Below, one piece after another: positions 34,562 to 44,930 of a DNA stretch of 64,000 nt. The stretch's first letter is position 1, and every line of letters starts with the position of its first letter. Position numbers and translations under genes: made by a program. Below the pieces are notes generated by a model. That model was not told the DNA's origin. It ran no database searches and saw nothing but the letters and a program-made list of their open reading frames with translations. Source of the stretch: Trypanosoma brucei (taxonomy: Eukaryota); assembly GCA_000002445.1 (NCBI GenBank), contig CP000071.1:1024001-1088000 (forward strand), in the 5' to 3' direction.

Positions 34562-35271
34562 TATGTGTTTGATATGATTTCTTGCTGTCTTTGATATTAC
34601 TGTAGCTTTTGCTCGTTGATTAATATAACTGAGGCTTGTAGTATTGCTAACCGTGGTTTCGCAAATACGTCCAGTAGAAAAAGGAAAAGAGACGGGAAGT
34701 TGAAGCAACAGATATGGCGGAGGTGCATGCACTCAACAAAATGCTCGCACACGATGCAGAGTAATCACTACCAGCAGCTTAGACGGAAACCGTTCTATAA
34801 CCCCGAAGGGGATCTCCATGAATGTGTATACCATTGCCATGAGGCGGCGCACAGGCACATATGCGCATGGTGGAGAGGTTGGCTATTGGTTGGCTAAGCC
34901 TCCGTTTTCCCTACTTTTTTTTGGGGGGGGGAGGGATGGGGCTGTAGAGTTTTGTATTTATTTTTATCGTCCCCATTCCTTCACCATTGGTATATTTTTC
35001 AATATTTCTATTTCATTCTATCCAGTTTCCGCCCCAACAACGGAATGTGTAAAAAATAAAATGTTGGGTTGCCATATTTTATACGTGTACACGCGTAGAC
35101 CCTTTTTCATTTGGACCCCTCCTCCCTTTCTCAAAGGCCACAGTATGATGGTCAGCAGTGCTGTTATTATCATTTTTTAAAAAAATTAACTCTCCGTTTC
35201 ATCTCTTTCCCTTCCCATGGTTGTAACTTGGTTAAGGTTTATAATGCTACGACTTGTTCCCTGCTGTTGTG

Positions 35272-38178
35272 TCATTTGCTTTCGATTGAGGCGTAACACA
35301 CTACGTAGATGGCACCATAGCCGTGATTGTCAAACCCAGATGGATTCTCCCACGCGGTGGTATTGTCATCTTCACCCGCTACCAGCGCCACATCCCGATA
35401 AGTCACGCGATCATTCTCAGGGCAATCGTCATCACAGTAACATTTTGTTCGTGGACCCGAAGAGTTTACAAACCTGTAAAAGTGCACGCTTTCGCTTCCC
35501 AACCTCAGTACAGACGTATTAGAGTGAAATTTCAGCGTTACACGCAGCCCAGCCCGCTTTGCATCATCACCTGCTGGCGTATCGCTCATGCTGGAAGGCT
35601 GCGACTCGGAGAACTGAATGGACTCAGTGTATGTAACATGCTTGCCACCACCCCATACGTAGCATAGATGTACCACCGCTCCAGTGTAGAGTGCGTGCGA
35701 ACCCCTGTATCGGAAAGCAACGGAACTTGTGCTGTCATTTCCCGAAAGCGCTGTAGAATTCAGGACGGTATTCGGTTTATTGCTCAATGGTGGGCACACC
35801 TTCGTCTTCGTACCGAGCATGACATCGTCCTTAAACACAAGAACTGTGTCCTCGCTGGCGTTTAACCCTCGGCCTCTGAATGTCGAATTCAGCGATACTT
35901 CACCAACACGCCACACATCAGGACTATGGCCAGAGTGCTTGACCACCTGATCTTCCGCCTCAAATACAATATTCGCTGCTGACAACTCCCTGCCTTTATG
36001 CAACACGGGTATATACGTTTCCGCACCGTTCTTTGCACACAGGATGTACTCCACGTTGGTTGAGGCACCGAAAATACTCACTGAATTCTCAAACCGCGCA
36101 GAGACATAGTCATCTTCATTCTGCGGCAACTCGCAAGCTGATGTATATCTGTTATTAATTAGGCAGAAGTGGAAAACACATCTCTCCCATGAGCGCACAA
36201 GTTTCATGTCGGAGGGCATGATACCTGATGACAGTGTTACAGTGGCCGTTTCCTTGAGAGTAAGCTTACCGTCTGGTAGTTCGAAACGAAGATCATACTC
36301 ACTCACATATAAATGGTTCTTCCCACAATTGCCATTTGTGGGTTCCATTGTGCCTTGCGGGCGTGCTACAGACCATACACCAAGTGATCGGATGTAATAA
36401 CACACTTTCAGACATTGGTGCGCCTCACCAACAACATCGTACCTGTATACTGTTCCTTTCTCCACTTCAAAACCGTTCTCGGCACGGAATTTATTGGACT
36501 GCATACCATGAGTGCACTCCGTATCAACAGAAACGAAATACACTGTATCCGCAGCGGAGAGATCATGCCCATGGAATGTCATGGAACCCGTTTGTCCACC
36601 ACGCAGAGGATACGGTGCGAGTTCGAAGGAGGGATTGCGGTCGTTGATAGTGATTCTCCCATTCACCTCAGCGGCATTCAGAGACCCACTCTTTCGGTAA
36701 CACACTCTCAGCATGCCACCACCGTTTGAATCAGGGTCTACAACAACTCGACACCTTGGTGTGTTCCCATTCCTTAACGAGCAGTTAAACCTTGTCACAC
36801 CATCTTTTTCGTGATCCCCACACGTGTCCAATGACACGAAGGCGGAGTCCCGCGTAGCATCAAGACCCGTGCCATTAAGCTCAATTTCCACCCTTTGCCC
36901 AATGACAACTGCGGGTGATACCACTGTGAAGGATGTGGGCTGAAGTACCTCTATCGTAAAATACGATTCCTGCGATTCGTCACCGTCGCCAATCCTTCGC
37001 AACTTACTCCATTCGTTGGAGGAGTGATTGTAATAGCATACATTACCCTCCATTTTATCATCAATAAGCATTTTAGTTGAAAAATTGACTCTCGCCATCG
37101 CATTCTCAACACTAATTTTTCCAACCTGTAGACCATATAGTAACGGCGCTTTGTCTGAGCAAGCCGAATCTTTCTGTACAATTATTATTTTATCTCCCTC
37201 AGTGGGAGTACTACCACCATGAAGTTGCAGGTAACCTTCCTCACGTGCCTGTGGTCTCACGGGTATTGTGCTGTATGTGTTGGTATTAGTGGCCTCAAAA
37301 GTAATGATTGCTCCGGTATTGTCTTTTTTGCCGTCCTCAACTGCGGTGTATGACCTTTCCTGATGTGAGGGGTTGCTACATGCCTCTGCTCCGGCACCGC
37401 AGTATGATACACAGATGGCAAAGGTTTTCTTGGTCGACGACGGTTGCAGGGAGAAGGTTCCCGTGATCCTTCCTGTTCCAACACCCTCCAGCTCATTCAA
37501 TTCGATGGTGTCTTCACTTGCCTTGGCACATAATTCTGAGACATGACTGGCATCACTACATTCCTCCACATTTCCACAGGGGAAAAGGAAGATGGTACGG
37601 TTTCCACCGAAGCCGCTGTTGACGGGGCGTCCCTTCTGTGCTGTTTCCTCCACAGTGAGGCGGAAGAGATCCAACCCATGGGGACTTGGTTCTACACTCA
37701 AAGAAAAATCCCTGTAAAGACTTGGCCATACATCCAATTGAGAGCCATCTCCTCCAGAATCCACACGCTTTGCAGGGAAGGTCTTGTTACCAGACACATA
37801 ACATACACCGTATTTATCCCCCACAGTAAAGATACTACTGCGCACTGTGAACGCCCCCTTGGCATTACCACCGTCGTGATCGACAGTAGAGACGTTGAAG
37901 ATATCATCTGGAATTGGTTTGCTATTACAATTTTTGGCATTTTCCTGTCGCACAAAATAAAACATATCAGTGCTAGAAAACTTCATGTCATCATTACCAT
38001 CACTGGAACCCTTGCTGAACTCTACTTGTGCGGTTTGATGTAGTGAGAGTTGCACAGCATCTGTAAGCTTGAACTCTACAGTGGCCATTGCTTTACCCAC
38101 AATAACCAACAGAATCACCGCAAGTAAAGTAGACAGATTCAGACGTCCATGTCTCACGCACTGATTAGTATAGCTCAT
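35272..38178 (-). CDS. Large secreted or luminal cysteine-rich glycoprotein-like hypothetical protein (about 968 aa from M38178; the ORF is open to 38304)
   Basis: It has a predicted N-terminal signal peptide (MSYTNQCVRHGRLNLSTLLAVILLVIVGKAMA|TVEF). Cys residues and many N-x-S/T sequons occur throughout. There is no C-terminal hydrophobic or GPI-like segment, as the protein ends …VVCYASIESK. The beta-rich composition suggests repeated Ig-like or lectin-like folds. Confidence 0.5.
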   Translation of the reverse strand: MSYTNQCVRHGRLNLSTLLAVILLVIVGKAMATVEFKLTDAVQLSLHQTAQVEFSKGSSDGNDDMKFSSTDMFYFVRQENAKNCNSKPIPDDIFNVSTVDHDGGNAKGAFTVRSSIFTVGDKYGVCYVSGNKTFPAKRVDSGGDGSQLDVWPSLYRDFSLSVEPSPHGLDLFRLTVEETAQKGRPVNSGFGGNRTIFLFPCGNVEECSDASHVSELCAKASEDTIELNELEGVGTGRITGTFSLQPSSTKKTFAICVSYCGAGAEACSNPSHQERSYTAVEDGKKDNTGAIITFEATNTNTYSTIPVRPQAREEGYLQLHGGSTPTEGDKIIIVQKDSACSDKAPLLYGLQVGKISVENAMARVNFSTKMLIDDKMEGNVCYYNHSSNEWSKLRRIGDGDESQESYFTIEVLQPTSFTVVSPAVVIGQRVEIELNGTGLDATRDSAFVSLDTCGDHEKDGVTRFNCSLRNGNTPRCRVVVDPDSNGGGMLRVCYRKSGSLNAAEVNGRITINDRNPSFELAPYPLRGGQTGSMTFHGHDLSAADTVYFVSVDTECTHGMQSNKFRAENGFEVEKGTVYRYDVVGEAHQCLKVCYYIRSLGVWSVARPQGTMEPTNGNCGKNHLYVSEYDLRFELPDGKLTLKETATVTLSSGIMPSDMKLVRSWERCVFHFCLINNRYTSACELPQNEDDYVSARFENSVSIFGASTNVEYILCAKNGAETYIPVLHKGRELSAANIVFEAEDQVVKHSGHSPDVWRVGEVSLNSTFRGRGLNASEDTVLVFKDDVMLGTKTKVCPPLSNKPNTVLNSTALSGNDSTSSVAFRYRGSHALYTGAVVHLCYVWGGGKHVTYTESIQFSESQPSSMSDTPAGDDAKRAGLRVTLKFHSNTSVLRLGSESVHFYRFVNSSGPRTKCYCDDDCPENDRVTYRDVALVAGEDDNTTAWENPSGFDNHGYGAIYVVCYASIESK

Positions 38179-38759
38179 GTTTCCAACCAAACAACCGTAA
38201 CACCCTTGCGAGGTACTGCGCGCAATAGCAGTGTTGTATGCGTTCCTTGGCGTACAAACAACCAATAATATCCGCTTCTTCTTCACGTCCGCTTCCGTAG
38301 CCACTACCGCGGAACAAATTTGGGGAGATAACTAAAATGTTTTAGCACTACCTGTTTTGCTTTAGGAATATGTAGCGCCGATAATGTGATCCTTCTTTCC
38401 TGCGTTGCTGTTGGCTTAATTTTACTTCGATCCTGCTTTCGTTACGTTTTTGTCGGATGTGTGGGTGTGTGTATTTTTATGTGTTTATATGTGCCTAACA
38501 CAATGGGACAAACCAAATAGGAACGTCGCCGTAACACACACCCAAACAGACACAACAGAAGAGTTTTGTGCGTTTTTTGTGGATTTTTTTTTCTATGGGA
38601 TGGTGACGAGAACGCCAATATTCGTTAATGCGAGACGGTATTTACTCACGTGATCAAAATGTCGTGAAGGGAATGTACAGCTTCCCTTAAAACGACAAAG
38701 CCTATGGTTGATTTTCAAATAATAATAATAATAATTAAAGACCAAAGTAAGAAAAAAAG

Positions 38760-41060
38760 GAAAAAAATGAAGAGAAAATTTTGTTTTCTTCCTTGCCTAC
38801 CTCCTCCCCCCTTTTTGCTTACTTTCTATGTGTCCTAAATTAGTTTTGCAAGGTGAAGAACCTAGTGATTGATATGTTTCAATCTTTGTAAGGCAGGGTG
38901 ATGTCGTGCGAATGTATTTGTATGCGAAGGAATTATAGAAAGAAGAAACCAGAGAAAGAGAAAGAGGGAAAGAGAGAGAGAGAGACAAGAGGAAGTACAA
39001 TTAAAAATGACAGAAATAACATCAGAGAGAATGAAAGCAAAACAAAACAAAAAAGGAAGAATGCAGTGCGTGAAATTAAGTAAATAAAAAATGGGCACAC
39101 AATGCACGAGCAGACGCACACACATATAATAAAGATGGGTAGTAAACAGAGACAAATGCGATTCAAAATCGTAAGGGCATCAGTTAGGAGGGAGAGGGCA
39201 AGGATAAATAGACATAAAAAAGAAAATGCATGAGCCAGAAAAAAACGGCTGTTGCCAAGCGTGTGCATCCGCAAGGACGAAAGAAGTAGAACAAACCAGT
39301 TAGAGCAAAAACAACAACAGAAACGCAACAACAACAACACACACAAACACAAAAAAAACACATAAACTTCGGTAGGAACACCTTTTGCACGTATAAATAT
39401 ACTTATATATATAAATACATGCAACTTGATGAATGAAGCGGGAGAAAAAAGTAGAGAGAAAGAGGGAAACAATCACAGCATTAATGATAACAATAACAGC
39501 CGATGGCTAAGGTAAATAGAAATCCCCCTTCTCTTTCCTTCTTTTTCTCCCTTTTCACATACGCATGCACCTGAAGAATTGGTGTGATGACAGGAAACTA
39601 GTTCGATGCTAGAAAAGGGTGGTGGGGAAACTACAAGAGAAAGAAAAAAAAAGGGTAAAGGTATAACAAACAAGAAGCCTTCTCTATCTCATGTGCTTTT
39701 CTTTTTAAATTTTTTTGTATTCTATTTTAAATCTAAGTTACGTATATATTTATACATATATATATATAAATATATACGCATGCATTAAACTTTCCCCATT
39801 TTTTCCATTCCCTTCCCTTCCTCACAATCATTTCCTTCTCTGTCATTTCTTTCCCTTAAACACTCACTTTTACTCCTTTTTTTCTTTAAATAACAATAAT
39901 ATAATGGTATAAAAATACCAAATGTACGACGCAAGGTTATTGGACGTTTCTTCTAAGTACAAAAAAAAAAGACACAAAATAAAGTGGAGGCTTCGGTTCA
40001 CCAATTCGATTGAAACAAAGACGACAACAAAAAAAAAAGAAAAAAGAAACAAACTGTTACAAGCTATAGAAGGGACACGGGATGAGAACTGACGCTGATT
40101 AAAAAAAAAAAGGACAACATCAACGACAACAGAACAAAAACGTGATGGAATATGGCGTGTCAAATTAGACGGCAAAACAAACAATAACAGTAAAAACGGC
40201 AACACCAATAGTGAAAAAAAAAACAATTAGTGTCAAACAAAAAAAAAAAGAAAAAACGAAACGAAACTACGGCAACAAACAATAGTAATAATAATAGTAA
40301 TAATAACTTTCGCCTCAATTTCCTTCTTTCCTTAACTCACTTCCATTCATCCATTCATTCACTCATTCCCTTCGTCTTCTTCATTCTTCTTCAATTACTT
40401 TGCACGTGCGTGTGTACATGTATTTTTCTTCCTGCTTCCGCATTTGTGTGCTTGTTCGCCTTTTCTCCAAAAGCAAACAAAAAGAAGGGAGAGAGAGAGA
40501 GAGAGAGGGGGGGGGGGGGCGGGAAAGAAAAAAGAAAAAAAAACATATAGACGGATTTTTAAACTTTCGCCTTGTCTCTCCGTCTGTTCGACTTTCTGGT
40601 GTAAATGTTTCATTTCGTCATCTTTTCTTCACTCACTCACGCAACACAAATTCAAATACAAAAGTACAGATACCGTCACAGTTCAACCACGTCGCAAGTA
40701 AGCAAAGTAACGAAGAACGAAAAAAAAAAAGGGAGAAAGAAAAAAAAAATTACAACAATACGAAATGCCAAACAGATGAGGGTTAGAAGATGAACAACCA
40801 AGTGGCATCCAAGCAAACGGGTAACCAAGAGGCGGTTGTTCATATATATATATATATATGTGTGTGTATATATAAAGGAAAAAAGAGAACTAACCAATAA
40901 TAATCAAATTATTGTAATTGTAATAACAACAGCATCCGCAGCTGCAGGAAAAGGAAAAGAAAAAAAGTCCGGAAAAGAAAAGCAACAACAACAACGACGA
41001 CAACACAAAGCAGATGAAAACAACAACAATAACCAAAGTAGATATGGACAAGTAGGATTC
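38760..41060. repeat. Purine-rich (on the + strand) low-complexity intergenic tract with embedded (AG)n, (TA)n, (CAA)n and poly-G runs
   Basis: Visible compositional bias: runs such as agagaaagagaaagagggaaagagagagagagaga, (ta)n at about 40845-40866 and G13 at about 40507-40519. On the - coding strand these are polypyrimidine tracts, the UTR and processing signals for the MAPK and the secreted-protein gene. All ORFs here are low-complexity artefacts. Confidence 0.6.
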
Positions 41061-41069
41061 TTCACGAGG

Positions 41070-42185
41070 CTACGCGCCTTTCGGTATTTGGCTTGCAAGA
41101 TGTGGATTAAAGCTGCATATTTCATCCCAGAATGCCCTACGGAGGGAGTCAAGACTCATTTCCTGCATTTCATATGGCCACGCGAAGGATGTCGGACACA
41201 CCGGCTCGTCCACTTCATCATGCAACGGTGCCATGAATGGATGGCGAAGTAATTCAGCCGCTGATGGCCTTTTCCGCGGGTCAAGCTCCCACATTTGGCT
41301 GAGAAAATCAATTCCATCTGCACTTGTCAACCCGGGCACAAGTTTGCCCATGTCCAATTCGCCATCAGGAAGTTGATTTAACTTCTCCAACGCCTCTGCA
41401 CTCTCTACCATATCCCTTGGAGGCTTCCCAATATGTGTGCAAATGAGCCGCAGCTGATCAATCGTGTTTCGGCCCGGAAGGACTGGCTTGCGATTGTACA
41501 TTTCTGCCATAATGCAACCGACTGACCAAATGTCTACCGCGGTGTCGTAGTAACTGTTTTCTAGAAGCAGTTCCGGCGGTCGGTACCAGCGTGTAATGAC
41601 GTAGTCAGTCAAATCATGATGTGGGATAGTGACGCTACGGGAAAGACCGAAGTCAATAATCTTCAGCTCGCACGAGATGTCAGTGACTAGGTTGGCTGGT
41701 TTCAAGTCACGGTGTGCCACACCGGCACTATGTAAATATTTTAAACCCCGAAGTATTTGATAAATGAAGTACCGGACGTGAGTTTCCTCTAGCACCTGAC
41801 GCGAGCGAAGCACAACATTCATATCAACATCCTTCAGGGGCGTTACTATGTAAACATCACGGAATTCATTGTAGCCCTTCATGGGCGGCAATATATCCAT
41901 GACATGTAACAAATTCTCGTGCCTGAAGAAGCGCATCATCGCAACCTCACGCAGAACGCGCCTGCCATCATCCAAGTCACGGAATACCTCTCGGCACTTT
42001 TTTATCGATACCTTCTCCTGTGTTTCTTCATTCAAGCAACTGCACGCAATACCATAAGCTCCCATACCAAGTATTTTCAAAAGTGTGTACTTCCGTGGAA
42101 CCTCAAACTCGGATCCACCAACATTGTACACCTTAAAGCCCCCTACAATTGTAGGCTCGCACAACTCTTGATTACTTTTGTGCAT
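41070..42185 (-). CDS. Mitogen-activated protein kinase (TDY-type activation loop)
   Basis: Kinase subdomains are present: GxGxxG (GMGAYGIACS), VSIKK, HRDLKPANLV and DFGLSR. The activation loop reads TDYVITRWYRPPELL, which is the MAPK TxY dual-phosphorylation motif followed by the P+1 signature. A C-terminal CD-like region is also present. Confidence 0.8.
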   Translation of the reverse strand: MHKSNQELCEPTIVGGFKVYNVGGSEFEVPRKYTLLKILGMGAYGIACSCLNEETQEKVSIKKCREVFRDLDDGRRVLREVAMMRFFRHENLLHVMDILPPMKGYNEFRDVYIVTPLKDVDMNVVLRSRQVLEETHVRYFIYQILRGLKYLHSAGVAHRDLKPANLVTDISCELKIIDFGLSRSVTIPHHDLTDYVITRWYRPPELLLENSYYDTAVDIWSVGCIMAEMYNRKPVLPGRNTIDQLRLICTHIGKPPRDMVESAEALEKLNQLPDGELDMGKLVPGLTSADGIDFLSQMWELDPRKRPSAAELLRHPFMAPLHDEVDEPVCPTSFAWPYEMQEMSLDSLRRAFWDEICSFNPHLASQIPKGA

Positions 42186-42189
42186 TGCT

Positions 42190-44930
42190 TATCACGGTGA
42201 TGTTCCCCTCCTCTTCCCACAACCTAGTTCAACCTTTTCTTCTATTCTTTCCTTCACTCTATCCGACTCTTCTTTCTTCTTCTGTTTCAAAAAATACCTT
42301 TTTTTCTTACCCTTTAGCTTCTCCTCTTTTTGAAAAATGGGAAAATTAATAATTGTCCTTTATTTTTTTCTTCCCTCCGTCTCCGTTTCCTCCTCCTCCT
42401 TGGCTCGAAGTGTAACGCTTCCCCAAGCAGAAATAAGGCACCACAGTGTATAGAAGCAAACCGACAGCAAAATAAATAATAATAATGGTAATGATGATAA
42501 TGGCACGGCGGTTACCTTCTTCTATGTGCCTTTATTATCAGTTATTATTATTGTCGCGGTTGATGATGATGACGACGGTGATGTTATTATTTTTTTGTTC
42601 ACTCCCTTTTTGCTTGGGTTGTTGGCCCTCAGGATGTATGAGGAACGCAATCTAACTGTATGAAGATGCGAGTTTTTCGTGCCTTCGAAGCACTTCCTTC
42701 CTTTCTTCTCTGTTTTGCTTTCTCCTCAAGGTTGGCGATAATACTCTCCCTCTTTTTGTTTCTCTTTCCTCTCAAAATTTTTTGTAATGTGTCGGTACGT
42801 ACACGCTCACTATCTAAATCTTTATGGTGTGCGCTGCTACCGGCACCAATGACTTTGTATAAATATATACAAATAAATAAATATAAATATAAATATAAAT
42901 ATATATATGTGTACGCCTGTTTCTGTTTCTTAAGTTGTTGAAGGCCCTATGGTGAAGTCCTTTTTACACTCCCAATTTCTTACTCTTTTCCCTTTTTTTT
43001 CCCCCCTCCCTCTTAAAGGCCTCCTCTTCACTTTCCTTTTCCCCCCTTTCTTCTATTTTTTCGCCTGTAGCCCCTACCGCTACCCCTTCCGTGTTATTAT
43101 TTTCCGGCTTTGTTGAACTGCTCCGGTAGCCGCTTACTTAAGTGACGTCTTCCTTTTTCTTTTACTTTTACTTTTTTACTTTTTCTTCTTCACTTTCCCC
43201 TGCCCACTCCTTTTTCCTCGTGTAAATATAAATATTTCTTTGTTATTTTATTTTCCCCACCCCCTTTCCTTCTCTAATGATTTATACGGTGGTATCACTT
43301 TATTTTATTTTCTTCAGTCCTTTTGGTCACCGACTCACCGGGTTGCAGTCGCCAGCCAAACGTCACTCCGTTTCAGCTGTCTAATTTGCAGCAAACCAAT
43401 CAATCAACCCGTTAATTTTAGGGCAGTACCCGTTAAAAATTAAAAAAAAACCCTTTCCCCGTCACTTAGTTTGTAAGGCCGCCGTGATGGAGGACGGAGA
43501 GGGTTGCGTTGGCTTCTTTAAAACTCTTTTCTTTTTCTTTTTTTTGTTTTGTTTTATATTGCTATTTTTGTTTTAAAGTAGGGGTAAAAAAGAAAAAAAA
43601 GAGAAATGAGGGATACGTGTGAAGGGAACGAAAGAAAAGAAAAAGAAAAAAATTAAGAAGAATAGAGAAAAAGAAAAAGGGGTAAAACTAAAAGACTTTT
43701 GCTTTTTGTATTTCCTTCTTTCTTTTTATTCTCCTTTCCTTTACGCTATACATAAAACAATAAAAACAACAACAACAGCAACAATAAAAAGAAAAGGAGG
43801 TAAGAGAAGAGAGGAAATAGATGATAACCGGATATCAAAGTTTCAATTCGCAAGAGGAACAGAAGGAAGCATAAATACATATATATTCACACACACACAC
43901 ACGGAGAGAGAGAAAGAGAAAGGAGGTGGTGACACAAAATTCAACATAAGGGAAGCACAAATGAAGAAATTAAGTTACTTCGTGGCCAATGGTTGGTGAG
44001 GGAGAAAATGGTGGAATCGTTACGCTTTGGGATGAAAACAGACAAAACAAGGCAGAAAACAAAAAAAAAGGAGATGGAGCGGCGAAGGGTCAAATAAACA
44101 CACAAACACAAGCAACAAAAAAAAAAAAAGAATAAATAAGTAAATGAAAAGAAAAGGACGGAAGAAAAGGAAAATCACACAGTGATATTCCCACAACATT
44201 TGCCCCTCCTTTTCATTCCCCTATCCTTTCCCATAAGCACCGTGGCACATTTATGAATGCATCCATATCTATTTAATGCTCCTTTGCATAACTCCAACAT
44301 CTTCTCACCATTGGGATTATATTTCCTTTCCTTTTCCCTTTCCCTTTCCATTCCCCACATTTTTTCAAAATTTCCCCTTCTTTCCTGGCCTTTAGGCTTG
44401 CGCGCCTTCTTTTTTTTTTTCCCCCTTTTAACTCTCTCTCTCTCCATCTATGAATGCACTTCCTCCTCCATTCCCCTTTCTCTCCTTCACGCTAAATAAT
44501 AAACTGTCAAACAGTTATCAAAAAGTACCCGCAGCAGCACCAGCACGGGCAAAGGGAGAAGAACTATAGTGAACAACCTTCAACATGAACAGGTAAGAGA
44601 TGGAGGCAAGCCTGCAGAAGAAAAAAAAATAAACCAAGAAGGAAATACGCGCCGTGGGTGAGTACAGCCAAACCCATCCATAAGCATAAGATGTTTTTTT
44701 TTTAAAAAAATGTGTCACTACATATACGTATGTATATGTATCTCTATGCTAGTAAATATGAGCGTGAGTGGGAGGGATAAACCAAGAGGGAGAGGCGGCA
44801 AGAGCCAGCAGTCACTGATAACGGGAGATTCTAAACGGACTTTAAAGTACCTCTATTTGCGTTTCGTGCAGATAAAATAGAACTCTCTAAAGGAATGAGT
44901 CATATCGTCTTTTTCGCTCATCGCTCTCGG
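42190..44930. repeat. Low-complexity purine- or pyrimidine-biased intergenic tract between the MAPK and PIF1 genes
   Basis: Runs of cttt, ccct and aaag motifs, (AAATAT)n-like repeats at about 42880-42910, and poly-A and poly-T. No credible ORF. Confidence 0.5.

Noticed and set aside
33497-34732. The upstream 57 codons of the computed 411-aa GPDH ORF ([18 protein letters not shown]…)
   Set aside because: This stretch precedes the conserved MVSG…[11 protein letters not shown]-terminus and reads like translated UTR. M34561 gives the canonical 354-aa GPDH.
38797-40897. ORFs such as 38933-39472(-), 39870-40226(-) and 40400-40786(+) encoding poly-F/L/C/S or poly-K/E/R peptides
   Set aside because: They are products of purine- or pyrimidine-biased low-complexity intergenic DNA. 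Their composition is incompatible with real proteins.
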